35,518 nt of DNA from a virus (taxonomy: Duplodnaviria > Caudoviricetes), in the IMG/VR virus record IMGVR_UViG_3300011415_000021, positions 1 to 35,518 of that record. One strand, 5' to 3'. The notes beneath the pieces were generated by a model. The model was not told where the DNA came from. It worked only from the letters and a program-made list of their open reading frames with translations, and searched no databases. Shown here piece by piece: positions 1-8,280 of the stretch. Every line of letters starts with the position of its first letter. Within the stretch, counting starts at the first letter, position 1. The position numbers and the translations under genes were made by a program.

Positions 1-189
1 CCGATTCGGCGCAGTTGCCACTCGATGTCTGGGGAACAGGAACGCCGTGTCCGCACGATCTATTGGGAGCTGCGGGAGGCCGGGGCGTATGACGCCGTGG
101 CCACGTTAACCCGCATGGCAGACGGGCGGGCGCAGACCTACGTGGACCGCCAGCCGTTCAGAGTGATTGGGTTTGAAGCGGAGCCTTAG
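1..189 (+). CDS. partial hypothetical protein (possibly starting at ATG 25), convergent with the next gene
   Basis: Frame 1 is open from base 1 to TAG 187-189 (MSGEQERRVRTIYWELREAGAYDAV...). Its stop overlaps the stop of the minus-strand gene. Confidence 0.4.
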   Translation, partial: PIRRSCHSMSGEQERRVRTIYWELREAGAYDAVATLTRMADGRAQTYVDRQPFRVIGFEAEP

Positions 190-569
190 CGGTAGCCCAC
201 CGTTTGAATTACAATGTTCTTATTTTCAGACTTCCACGACTGCACACGCTTCTCTGGAAACGGTCCCTCAAAGTACACCGACTCTCGCGCGCCAACGTGG
301 AAGTGGGCGAAGTCTGTCGACACAGTGGCTGGTTCATGGCCAAGATTCGTAATAGCCAGACCAGAGATCCACGCAACACTCGATGGCACGAGCAGTACGT
401 TGGCTGTTGGTGCAACATGGGCCAACGCCATCGGTGCGAGCGCGGCGACCGCAGCCACCTTCGCGGAGAGGAAGAAAAAGGCGCGGCGAGAGAGGTGCTG
501 ACGCGGCTGACAGAGGGCGCGAATGTCATGGGCAACGCCGCAGTATTCGCAGACCATGCGACGAATCAT
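186..569 (-). CDS. small protein with N-terminal CxxC and twin-arginine (Tat) signal-like sequence
   Basis: CEYC...H...C is followed by SRRAFF, a hydrophobic stretch and ALA. It lies downstream of, and co-oriented with, the repressor. Confidence 0.55.
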   Translation of the reverse strand: MIRRMVCEYCGVAHDIRALCQPRQHLSRRAFFFLSAKVAAVAALAPMALAHVAPTANVLLVPSSVAWISGLAITNLGHEPATVSTDFAHFHVGARESVYFEGPFPEKRVQSWKSENKNIVIQTVGYR

Positions 570-640
570 AGCACGCTAGCACCACCAGACCAGTAACGGC
601 ACGACGAGCCGTTCCGGCTGCTCAGCGAGCCTTCCCAGGA

Positions 641-1003
641 TCAGGCATACCGCTTAATCACGTCCGGCGGCGGAAAGGCCTTCTTGCGGCGGTCCACCTT
701 AGCCCGCCGGTCGGTGCCGCTTCGACGGTCTGCGCGGCGCCGTTCTGTGTAACGACCAATCCCCGGCGTAAGCAACTCATGGGCCGCAAGGCCAAACACC
801 CGCGCGACCCGCTCCACGTCCGGCAGCCGCATCCCACGCTGTTCTTTGGGGTTCTGTGGTGGATTCAGGATTCTGGATAGCCATGCGTCCGTGCGGTGCC
901 TGGTGCGAGACCCCACCACCATCTTGACGAGATCCGCCGGACGCATGCCACGTGCCTCAAGCAGTGCCCGAATGTTGTGCCGTAATAGATCTTCTACCGT
1001 CAC
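641..1003 (-). CDS. CI-like XRE helix-turn-helix repressor with Arg-rich [DE]RR C-terminal tail
   Basis: NIRALLEARGMRPADL...WLSRILN...DVERVARVFGL fits the XRE pattern. It is divergent from a cro-like gene and has no S24 peptidase domain. Confidence 0.8.
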   Translation of the reverse strand: MTVEDLLRHNIRALLEARGMRPADLVKMVVGSRTRHRTDAWLSRILNPPQNPKEQRGMRLPDVERVARVFGLAAHELLTPGIGRYTERRRADRRSGTDRRAKVDRRKKAFPPPDVIKRYA

Positions 1004-1062
1004 CTGTCAGCCAAACCCCTACTAGCCGTATTGCCGCCTGCAAATAGGTAACACGAAAATAG

Positions 1063-1121
1063 TTGCCGATTCGCATAAACCGATGACGATTAGTGTTGAC
1101 ACTGGCTTTGCGATTCAGTAA
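1063..1121. promoter_or_regulatory. two putative repressor operators, consensus TTRCYGAWWCGCAWW
   Basis: TTGCCGATTCGCATA at 1063-1077 (+) and TTACTGAATCGCAAA at 1107-1121 (-). Two more copies lie at 1444-1458 and 1465-1479. Confidence 0.65.
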
Positions 1122-1124
1122 GCT
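1096..1124 (+). promoter_or_regulatory. sigma70-type rightward early promoter (pR-like)
   Basis: TTGACA at 1096-1101, a 17 bp spacer and TAAGCT at 1119-1124. An operator copy overlaps it. The cro ATG at 1134 would be nearly leaderless. Confidence 0.7.
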
Positions 1125-1133
1125 TTGCTCACA

Positions 1134-1376
1134 ATGAACGCAGCCGAACGCCTCCGGGCTTACCTAAACCGCAACCGACTGAATCAGGCCGAATTTGCGC
1201 GCGAAGTCGGGTTATCAGAGCCGTTTGTGTGCCAGCTCCTGAACGGCACACGACAGCCATCACTTACCAAAGCCGCAATTCTAGAGGGGGTCACTGGTAT
1301 CCCCGCGAGCGCATGGGCGGTAACAGATGATGCCGAATTGGCAACAGCAAGCATGAGCAAGACCCGGAAACGCTAG
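1134..1376 (+). CDS. Cro-like XRE HTH regulator
   Basis: LNQAEFAREVGLSEPFVCQLLNGTRQPSL is a canonical HTH_3 pattern, divergent from the repressor. Confidence 0.85.
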   Translation: MNAAERLRAYLNRNRLNQAEFAREVGLSEPFVCQLLNGTRQPSLTKAAILEGVTGIPASAWAVTDDAELATASMSKTRKR

Positions 1377-1443
1377 CATTCACGGCCTGCAAATGCAAAT
1401 CTGCGATAGTTTACATAACTGGTCTTATAAGTCGGGGGCCTAC

Positions 1444-1479
1444 TTACCGAAACGCAAAGACTATAATGCGAATCGGCAA
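1444..1479. promoter_or_regulatory. inverted operator pair around a TATAAT -10 box upstream of the HNH gene
   Basis: TTACCGAAACGCAAA at 1444-1458 (+), TATAAT at 1462-1467 and TTGCCGATTCGCATT at 1465-1479 (-). The last shares 14 bp exactly with the 1063 site. Confidence 0.6.
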
Positions 1480-1929
1480 GTGGACTGGCAGGGCTTGTTC
1501 TGGTCGAAGGTAAGCAAGGATGCGGACGGCTGCTGGCGGATACGCGGGGCGCGGGCCAACCCGGCTGGTCACATCCACATCCTACTGCCGAACGGTTGGC
1601 GCGTCTACGCCCATCGGCTGTCGTGGTGGTTGGCGAACGGGAAGATTCCGAAAGGCGCGTCGATCTGCCATCGCTGTGACGTGCCCTGCTGCGTAAATCC
1701 TGCCCATCTGTTTCTGGGTTCCACCAAAGACAACATGCACGACTCGGTCCAGAAGGGCCGGAAGAACTGCTTCGGCATTCAAAAGCTGAACGCGGAACAG
1801 GTGCGAGAGATTCGCGCACTGGCTGCCCAAGGCGGCATAACCCACAAGGAAATCGGGCGTCGGTTTGGCGTGGCGCGGAACACGGTGAGTCAGATCGTGA
1901 ACCGTGTCTGCTGGAAGCACGTGAAATGA
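1480..1929 (+). CDS. HNH homing-type endonuclease with C-terminal HTH
   Basis: FWSKV...CW...YAHRLSW...ICHRCDVPCCVNPAHLFLGSTKDNMHD, then KLNAEQVREIR...EIGRRFGVARNTVSQI. GTG 1480 is the preferred start (the ORF opens at 1393). Confidence 0.9.
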   Translation: MDWQGLFWSKVSKDADGCWRIRGARANPAGHIHILLPNGWRVYAHRLSWWLANGKIPKGASICHRCDVPCCVNPAHLFLGSTKDNMHDSVQKGRKNCFGIQKLNAEQVREIRALAAQGGITHKEIGRRFGVARNTVSQIVNRVCWKHVK

Positions 1930-1934
1930 CCACG

Positions 1935-2051
1935 CTAACTCTCCTTCCTCGTTTCTGGCTTGGGCGGCTGTCGGCGGTCGCTTACCGGCTTCAACAGTCC
2001 GGCGTCGCGCAGCGCCTCAATCAGTTGAGTGATGGTCAGCGGTGAACTCAT
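1935..2051 (-). CDS. 38-aa antisense peptide (MSSPLTITQLIEALRDAGLL...)
   Basis: It fills the gap between HNH and the cII-like gene. An AATAAT -10-like box (2059-2064, minus strand) lies 7 nt before the ATG. Confidence 0.4.
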   Translation of the reverse strand: MSSPLTITQLIEALRDAGLLKPVSDRRQPPKPETRKES

Positions 2052-2094
2052 GAGCCGAATTATTGCTGCACACCGTTCAACGCAGGAAGTCCGA

Positions 2095-2460
2095 ATGCCG
2101 GAGCGCATCGGACACGGCAAGCGGGCGGAACTGCCGCCGAGTCCGACCGAGTCCGATTTCGGACATGGCCCGCAGATCTGGGACGCCATCGTGCGCGGGC
2201 ACGGCTCGGTCAAAGCGGCGGCGTTCACGATGGGGCAGAAGGACGCCTCGCAGATTCGTCGACAAGTCACGACCGGGACCATTCCGTTGCGGGAGTTCAT
2301 GGAAGCCGACGAAACCGCCCTGTGTGAGTTCGCGGACTACGTGTTGGAGACCTTTCAACCCGCGCGGAAAAGCAAGCAGCAACTGGCGTTGGAAACCTTG
2401 CCCGAGATGATGCGCGTGATCATCGAGGCCTTAACGGAACTGAGAGGAGACCGCCGATGA
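2095..2460 (+). CDS. CII-like transcriptional regulator
   Basis: GSVKAAAFTMGQKDASQIRR resembles the lambda CII HTH (GTEKTAEAVGVDKSQISR). It sits in the cII position after cro and has an AGGA RBS. Confidence 0.55.
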   Translation: MPERIGHGKRAELPPSPTESDFGHGPQIWDAIVRGHGSVKAAAFTMGQKDASQIRRQVTTGTIPLREFMEADETALCEFADYVLETFQPARKSKQQLALETLPEMMRVIIEALTELRGDRR

Positions 2461-2855
2461 AATTATCCGAAGCGATGAAGCTTGGTGCGATGGTGAAGCC
2501 GAAGGGCGTTGATGAACTGTTCACTATTAATCAACGCGGGGAATTGGCGTCGTGCGCCATTGGAGCGGCTATTGATGCGCTTTATGGTGAGGCGACAGAG
2601 TCAACAGACGCAGACGGCCCAGCGCATGAGATTTACGAGCGGTTCGGGTTTTTGCAGTCGATTGCGGACTGTCCAGCCTGCTTGTGGAATGACGACTTCC
2701 ACGGCGAGAACGTGTTCGCCATCGTGCATCACCTGAACGACGACCACAACTGGACCCGCGAACAGATCGCGGACTGGGTCGCCACCATCGAACCGCAGGA
2801 CGCCGAGACCCCACAGCCTGTGCCGGTGCCTGTTGCCGTGCTGGTGCAGCGATGA
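2457..2855 (+). CDS. hypothetical phage protein, paralog of 9100-9483
   Basis: MKLSEAMKLGA...SCAIGAA...HLNDDHNWTREQIADWV; ATGA overlap and GAGGAG RBS. Confidence 0.75.
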   Translation: MKLSEAMKLGAMVKPKGVDELFTINQRGELASCAIGAAIDALYGEATESTDADGPAHEIYERFGFLQSIADCPACLWNDDFHGENVFAIVHHLNDDHNWTREQIADWVATIEPQDAETPQPVPVPVAVLVQR

Positions 2856-3052
2856 GCAGCCGTCTCGAGATCGCCTTACTCCTGATCGAGCAAGCGGGCT
2901 ATCCCGCACACATGGTGAACCAGGACTCGATTGCGTGGCACCTGAAGCGATCGCCGTGGAAGTCGCCCGAAGTGGTGGTGCGGGAACTGAACATCTGGCC
3001 GCGTTGTGAGGCGTGTGACCGCGCCATTGCGGAACGGCAGCGGGAGTCGTGA
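2852..3052 (+). CDS. hypothetical protein (C-terminal CxxC)
   Basis: ATGA-coupled to the upstream gene. Confidence 0.55.
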   Translation: MSSRLEIALLLIEQAGYPAHMVNQDSIAWHLKRSPWKSPEVVVRELNIWPRCEACDRAIAERQRES

Positions 3053-3369
3053 TGCTGACCCCTCGCCAGTCGTTCAACGTCGCCTGCTTACTTCAGCAAG
3101 ATCGCATCATGGCCTTCTTACGGCCCCAGACGATCTCTAGTTTGCCGCACGCGCTGCTTTACAAACCGGCTCCCAGCTCGGCACGTGAAGGAGGAACAGT
3201 GCGTGCGGTAATTCGCTCGAATCACGTCCATCGCTGTGAACTCACCGAGACCCAGCGGCGGAAGCAAGACGAGAACAAAGCCTATCGCGAGCGGAAGAAA
3301 CAAGTGCAGCGCAGCAATCGGAACACCCCGCTGACGCCGACGCTGTTTGAACGGTACGTGGAGTCGTAA
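3049..3369 (+). CDS. hypothetical basic protein
   Basis: GTGA-coupled, GGAG RBS. Confidence 0.5.
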   Translation: MMLTPRQSFNVACLLQQDRIMAFLRPQTISSLPHALLYKPAPSSAREGGTVRAVIRSNHVHRCELTETQRRKQDENKAYRERKKQVQRSNRNTPLTPTLFERYVES

Positions 3370-3385
3370 TGACTGTGAGGTCGAC

Positions 3386-3622
3386 ATGGTCTGGCTGGCT
3401 CTTCTGGCTGCGTGGGCGCTGTTCGGATTCTTTTGTTACGCCATCCTGCGTGCGGGCGCACGAGAGGACGCGCTACGCGAAAGGCTGGGAGACAGCACCC
3501 CAGTGGGACTTGGCGGCGAGCCGCCGGCAACCGTGGTTGACCGCCGAGGACAAGCGCAAGACGTTCCGGATCGTGCGGAGCGCATGAAAGGGTGGGCACC
3601 TGATGACACCACGTTTATCTAG
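3386..3622 (+). CDS. small membrane protein
   Basis: GAGG RBS; N-terminal TM segment MVWLALLAAWALFGFFCYAIL. Confidence 0.5.
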   Translation: MVWLALLAAWALFGFFCYAILRAGAREDALRERLGDSTPVGLGGEPPATVVDRRGQAQDVPDRAERMKGWAPDDTTFI

Positions 3623-3755
3623 GCCGTATCTCCGTGAGTTGTGGTCCGGCCTGTGGTCATGGGATGGGATCTGGCCGCTCAGTCAGGAGTTCGGATCGGT
3701 GCTGGCGATTGTGATCCTGTTCATGCTCGGGTTTATTGCGGGGCAGTTGTCGTGA
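3603..3755 (+). CDS. 50-aa membrane peptide (not in ORF track)
   Basis: Hand translation gives MTPRLSRPYLRELWSGLWSWDGIWPLSQEFGSVLAIVILFMLGFIAGQLS. Its stop overlaps the next GTG. Confidence 0.5.
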   Translation: MTPRLSRPYLRELWSGLWSWDGIWPLSQEFGSVLAIVILFMLGFIAGQLS

Positions 3756-3883
3756 GCTTCCACGACGCCGCCACACCAGAAGACACACCTGATTACGAGT
3801 TCGACGCCGAGATCGCCCGACTCGAGCGCCACACCACCGAGACGGAGGAAGGAGACGACGATGCAGACGAGCGAACAGATTAA
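3752..3883 (+). CDS. 43-aa highly acidic protein
   Basis: GTGA-coupled; 17 of 43 residues are D/E; immediately upstream of ERF. Confidence 0.5.
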   Translation: MSFHDAATPEDTPDYEFDAEIARLERHTTETEEGDDDADERTD

Positions 3884-4487
3884 CGAGATCGCGACGGCGC
3901 TGGCGAAGGCGCAAGGGGCCATCGAGGGCGCGACGAAGGGGAAGGTGAACCCGCACTTTAAAAACGCCTATGCGGACCTGTCGTCGGTGTGGGAGGCGTG
4001 CCGTGAGCACCTGACGAAGAACGGGATCGCGGTGTTGCAGCCTGTGGCGCGCGTGTCGCACCCGAAAGACTCGAGCATGCACCAGTTGGTCACTCTCACG
4101 CGCCTTGTCCACACGTCTGGGCAGTGGATGCAGGATGGCGGGATTCCGCTGCTGTTGAGTAAAGAAGATATGCAGGGTCTCGGCTCGGCGCTGACCTACA
4201 GCCGGCGCTACGGGCTGATGGGCATGGTCGGGATCGCCCCGGAAGATGACGACGGCAACGCCGCCAGCCAGAAACCCGTGCGGCAGGAATCCGTAGAGGT
4301 GCCAGCCGGGTTTATGAAGTGGTGGAACGAATTGGAAGACGTATCTGCGGAAGGGACGGCCGCGCTGAAAAAGATGTGGGCTGCGGCGCGCCCGGAGTAT
4401 CGCCAGCACGTCACGAAGCACACGCCGTTGGTGTGGGAAGAACTAAAGGCGAAGGCCACACACGCTGACATGGCGGTGCCCGCATGA
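3861..4487 (+). CDS. erf: ERF-family single-strand annealing protein
   Basis: ALAKAQ...NPHFKNAYADL...LVHTSGQW...QGLGSALTYSRRYGL...EDDDGN. Confidence 0.93.
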   Translation: MQTSEQINEIATALAKAQGAIEGATKGKVNPHFKNAYADLSSVWEACREHLTKNGIAVLQPVARVSHPKDSSMHQLVTLTRLVHTSGQWMQDGGIPLLLSKEDMQGLGSALTYSRRYGLMGMVGIAPEDDDGNAASQKPVRQESVEVPAGFMKWWNELEDVSAEGTAALKKMWAAARPEYRQHVTKHTPLVWEELKAKATHADMAVPA

Positions 4488-5155
4488 ATTTCACCGTCTG
4501 TCTCGCCGACCAACGCTCCGAAGAATGGCGCCACGCTCGCTGTGGTCGGCTGACTGGCTCTCGCGCCGCCGACATGCTGGCGACGATTAAAAGCGGGGAA
4601 GCCGCCGCCCGCCGCGATCTCCGGATGCAGCTCGTCTGCGAACGGCTCACCGGCCAGCCACAGGATGACGTGTTCGTGAACGCCGCCATGCAGAGGGGCA
4701 TAGATTGCGAACCGCTGGCGTTTGCGGCCTACGAGTCGCTGACGGGGCAAGTGGTGCATCGCTCCGGGTTCTTATCGCTCTCTGACTATCAGATGGGTTG
4801 CTCGCTCGATGGGCATGTGGATGATTTCGTTGGCATCTTAGAGTGCAAGTGCCCGAAGTCGGCGACACACCTGCAATACCTCAAAGACGGCACGGTGCCG
4901 AAGGCGCACCTCCCGCAAATCACCCACAACTTGTACGTGACCGGCGCCGAGTACTGCGACTTCTTTTCGTGGGATGACCGCTTCCCCACGCCGTTGCAGA
5001 CATTCCTGGTGCGCGTCAACCGGGCCGACGTGGATCTGAAGGACTACGAAACCAAGGCGCTGGCGTTCCTCTTGGAAGTCCAGCGCGACTACGACGCCAT
5101 CCGCACGATGACCGACCTGACGACGGTATTAGAGGAGACAGTGAATGCCCTTTGA
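4484..5155 (+). CDS. YqaJ/lambda-exonuclease family recombination nuclease
   Basis: QRSEEWRHARCGRLTGS...MQRGIDCEP...GCSLDG...LECKCP...Q. Confidence 0.92.
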   Translation: MNFTVCLADQRSEEWRHARCGRLTGSRAADMLATIKSGEAAARRDLRMQLVCERLTGQPQDDVFVNAAMQRGIDCEPLAFAAYESLTGQVVHRSGFLSLSDYQMGCSLDGHVDDFVGILECKCPKSATHLQYLKDGTVPKAHLPQITHNLYVTGAEYCDFFSWDDRFPTPLQTFLVRVNRADVDLKDYETKALAFLLEVQRDYDAIRTMTDLTTVLEETVNAL

Positions 5156-5387
5156 AAAGAACCCGGATGAGATCGGCGCCCTCTGGCTGCACGCGAGCGC
5201 GAAAGGTGACTACATGACCGGCGAGATCACCATTGGCGGCGTGACACAGAAAGTGGTGTGCTTCCACGGCAAGAGCACCAGCCCGAAGGCGCCCACGTGG
5301 AACGTGTTGAAGTCCAAGCCACGGTCGGAGATGGCGACCCCGCCCGCCGGCACGTTTAACGCGAACGATACGGACATCGAGTTCTAG
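5145..5387 (+). CDS. putative single-stranded DNA-binding protein (DUF736-like)
   Basis: EIGALW...GDYMTGEI...PTW plus an acidic aromatic tail (DTDIEF); follows the recombinase and exonuclease. Confidence 0.65.
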   Translation: MPFEKNPDEIGALWLHASAKGDYMTGEITIGGVTQKVVCFHGKSTSPKAPTWNVLKSKPRSEMATPPAGTFNANDTDIEF

Positions 5388-5728
5388 TGACGGTCCGCGA
5401 TCTCGTCCGAGCGGCGCAACGCGAGATTCGTGACACCGATCTGCAACCGGATCGGGCGGCGGATCTGCTCGTGCGGCTCACGTCGCTGATTGGGAACGTG
5501 AACGACGAGATTAGGGAAGCCGATGCGGACTACGCCACGGTGCTCTTGTCGTTCCTCCAAGCGGACGAAGCGGCGAACCGAGCCAAGATTCGCGCCGAGA
5601 CCACGCCGAGTTTCCAGCGCAAGCGGGAAGCCCGCGACACCAAGGAACTGGTGATTGAACTATGCCGAAGCCTGAAATATCTCCTAAAGGCGAAGTCCGA
5701 GGAACTGGCCCTGTCGAGGCACCAGTGA
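5387..5728 (+). CDS. helical hypothetical protein, possible recombination mediator
   Basis: Coupled ORF with coiled-coil character in the recombination module. Confidence 0.6.
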   Translation: MTVRDLVRAAQREIRDTDLQPDRAADLLVRLTSLIGNVNDEIREADADYATVLLSFLQADEAANRAKIRAETTPSFQRKREARDTKELVIELCRSLKYLLKAKSEELALSRHQ

Positions 5729-5850
5729 CGCCAGAGCCATGCCATGTTTGTGGCGATCCCGCCGTGCATGTGGTGGAGGACAGCGACGATGCCTCTGGGT
5801 ATCGGGGTGAAATTGGCCTTTGTGAACAGCACTGGGCGGAGCGGCGATGA
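5725..5850 (+). CDS. 41-aa Zn-finger peptide
   Basis: CHVC...CEQH; GTGA and ATGA overlaps on both sides. Confidence 0.55.
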   Translation: MTPEPCHVCGDPAVHVVEDSDDASGYRGEIGLCEQHWAERR

Positions 5851-6200
5851 TCACCAAACCCAGGCCGAAACTTTTAGAGAAGCGCGACAAGAAAGCCGCC
5901 ACAGACGCCTTAGATCGCGCCGAGAACGCCAGGGTGAGGCAGCGGAGCGGCGGGCAGTGTGAAATGTTGACGACGAACGATCCCGTGTTCCGTAATCGGC
6001 GCTGCCCCTTGCGCGCTTCCCATATCCATCACCTGATCAGCGGCATCGGCCGGCGGAACGTGGGGAAGTCCATCGAAGCGGCCCACAAGCTCCACGTGTG
6101 CGATCGGTGCCATGAAGAGATCCACGGGCACGTGTTGAAGCCGGTGAACGACTACGAGAAAGACGCGGCAGCCACGGTGCGGTATGAACGAGTCAGGTAG
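5847..6200 (+). CDS. HNH endonuclease domain protein
   Basis: RSGGQCE...C...HIHH...LHVCDRCHEEIH. Confidence 0.75.
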   Translation: MITKPRPKLLEKRDKKAATDALDRAENARVRQRSGGQCEMLTTNDPVFRNRRCPLRASHIHHLISGIGRRNVGKSIEAAHKLHVCDRCHEEIHGHVLKPVNDYEKDAAATVRYERVR

Positions 6201-6217
6201 AACGAAAGGCGGCGTCG

Positions 6218-7072
6218 GTGCAGCAACTTCATCTCTGGCTCAAGTTCTACCCAAAAGACTGGAACGGAGACCATAACTTGCGCGCCTGCTCCCTCGCTGC
6301 GCGTGGCCTGATGGCGTCTCTCCTGGAGCCGATGCATGAGTCGGAACCGTACGGGCACCTGCTCGTCCGGGGGAAGAAGCCGGACTTCAACGAGCTGGCC
6401 GTCATCGCCAGTTGCAAGCTGCGGGAGGTGAAATACGGCATCGAGGAACTCCTAAAAATGGGGGTATTGAGCACGAATTCTGACGGGATTTGGTACTCGC
6501 GGCGCATGGTTCGGGATGAAGAACGACGTAAAAGACAGTCGCTCGGCGGCACGCGAGGAATGGCGACGCGTCAATCCCATCAATCACTTACCATGATTCA
6601 CTCGCCAGTGGACTCGCCAGTGGTCTTGGAGCAGGTTGTCCCAAAGCAGGTGCCACCCATAGAAGCTAGAAGCCAGAAGCTAGAGGCTAGAGAAGAGCGG
6701 GAGAGCGCCCCCGCGCGAACACCAGACCGAAGCGAGACACGAACACCAGCCCCTCTCATCGCGCAATCGGCCCATCGGAACCACGCGATCTGCGGCGTCG
6801 TCTGTCTGCCGGCGGCGATGTATGAAGACTTCGTGGCGCGGTCTCGGCACCAGGCCGACCCGCGGAAGTACGTCTCCGACTTCTTCGCCACATGGAACAC
6901 GCGGTATCAGTCCGGCGATCGGAAAGAGCAAGTCATCAGCGGAGATGCGTTTACGTTCTGGCGAGACCGCTGGAAAGAAACCCACGCGGCCGCGGATAAG
7001 CCCGCCGTAGTCGACGTGGCCGCACTGGCGTGGCAGAAAATTCAGGCGGACAAGGCGCGGTACGGGCGATGA
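6218..7072 (+). CDS. phage replication initiator (O-like)
   Basis: N-terminal WLKFYPKDW...CSLAARGL...YSRRMVRD domain, low-complexity linker with internal DNA repeats, followed by a loader-like gene. Confidence 0.75.
   Translation: MQQLHLWLKFYPKDWNGDHNLRACSLAARGLMASLLEPMHESEPYGHLLVRGKKPDFNELAVIASCKLREVKYGIEELLKMGVLSTNSDGIWYSRRMVRDEERRKRQSLGGTRGMATRQSHQSLTMIHSPVDSPVVLEQVVPKQVPPIEARSQKLEAREERESAPARTPDRSETRTPAPLIAQSAHRNHAICGVVCLPAAMYEDFVARSRHQADPRKYVSDFFATWNTRYQSGDRKEQVISGDAFTFWRDRWKETHAAADKPAVVDVAALAWQKIQADKARYGR
6600..6691 (+). repeat. origin-like repeats inside the initiator gene
   Basis: ACTCGCCAGTGG x2 (6600-6623) and the heptamers AGAAGCT/AGAAGCC/AGAAGCT/AGAGGCT (6661-6688). Confidence 0.6.
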
Positions 7073-7623
7073 CCAGCGCCGACTATTCGGATTTCGTCGC
7101 GATGTTTCAGGAATTGGCGTCGATCTTCCGCTTTTACGGCACGGAAGAACAGAAGGCCGCCGCGATGGGGGCGTATTTCCAGACGCTCCAAAGCTATCCC
7201 CTCGATCGCGTGCGGAAGGGCTACGAGCAACTCAAAGTCACCGCCACAAAGATGCCGGTGCCGGCGCAGTGGATTACCGCGATGCCACGCGGCGACAACG
7301 CCTTACCGGAGATGGACTGGCGGCAGCAGAAAGCGTCAGACGAAGCGGAGCGGTTGTTCTACGAAGGGGCGTTCTGTCATTGCGCGGAGTGTGAACAGGC
7401 GAACGTGACGCATCTGAACCTGCGCTATGTGCCAGTGCAGGACCGCGACGGCAACGTGATGCCCATGAAGCATCCGAACCGATCGCAGCCGGTGTTATTG
7501 GGCGAATGGCTTCACGGCCAGCGGCTGCGGAGTTGGTATCGCGCTCGAGCGGAGTTCTACCAGAAGCTCGAGAGTTTGAAGCCGGGGATTCGGCAGGTGA
7601 TTGAACCAGCCGAAGTTGGGTAG
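7069..7623 (+). CDS. putative helicase loader/inhibitor-like replication protein
   Basis: ATGA-coupled to the initiator; AYFQTLQSYPLDRVRKG...KMPVPAQ resembles G39P/P-type loader N-domains. Confidence 0.5.
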   Translation: MTSADYSDFVAMFQELASIFRFYGTEEQKAAAMGAYFQTLQSYPLDRVRKGYEQLKVTATKMPVPAQWITAMPRGDNALPEMDWRQQKASDEAERLFYEGAFCHCAECEQANVTHLNLRYVPVQDRDGNVMPMKHPNRSQPVLLGEWLHGQRLRSWYRARAEFYQKLESLKPGIRQVIEPAEVG

Positions 7624-7651
7624 GGGGGAGATCCAGCCCGTGAGGGGGAGG

Positions 7652-8272
7652 ATGAAGCTGTTGGATTTGTTTTGTGGAGCGGGCGGTGCGGCGATGGGCT
7701 ACCACCGCGCTGGCTTTACGGAGATCGTCGGCGTGGACATCAAGCCACAACCGCGCTATCCGTTCACCTTTGTGCAGGCCGATGCGTTGGAGTATTTCGA
7801 TGGCCATTGGGCTGATTTCGATGCGGTTCACGCCAGCCCGCCATGTCAGAAATATTCGTGGGCGGCGCGGCGTTGGCGGAACGTTGAGCGCGCCGATCTA
7901 TTAGAGCCGACGCGCAAGCGCCTGGATGGTGTTGGCCTCCCGTGGGTGATCGAGAACGTCATTGGGGCGCCGATGAAGTATTCGGCTGTGCTGTGCGGCA
8001 CGATGTTCGGTTTGCGCGTGTTGCGCCATCGGATGTTTGAAAGCAACGTGTTTATTTGGGAGCCATCTCATCCTCGCCATCGAGGCACTGTCGGAGGCGG
8101 TCAATACGTGACGGTGGCCGGCCACGGCGGGAACAACGCGAAGGGCCACGGGGGGCGGAAGGCCAAGCAGGACGCGATGGGCATCGACTGGATGAACGAT
8201 CAAGAACTCAACGAAGCGATTCCGCCAGCCTATACGGAATACATCGGGCGGCAATTACTGAGTAGCCCGTGA
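7652..8272 (+). CDS. compact DNA (cytosine-5)-methyltransferase
   Basis: Motif I LDLFCGAGG, IV ASPPCQ, VI IENV, VIII RHR and X NEAIPP; very short target-recognition region. Confidence 0.88.
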   Translation: MKLLDLFCGAGGAAMGYHRAGFTEIVGVDIKPQPRYPFTFVQADALEYFDGHWADFDAVHASPPCQKYSWAARRWRNVERADLLEPTRKRLDGVGLPWVIENVIGAPMKYSAVLCGTMFGLRVLRHRMFESNVFIWEPSHPRHRGTVGGGQYVTVAGHGGNNAKGHGGRKAKQDAMGIDWMNDQELNEAIPPAYTEYIGRQLLSSP

Positions 8273-8280
8273 GGGGGAGG

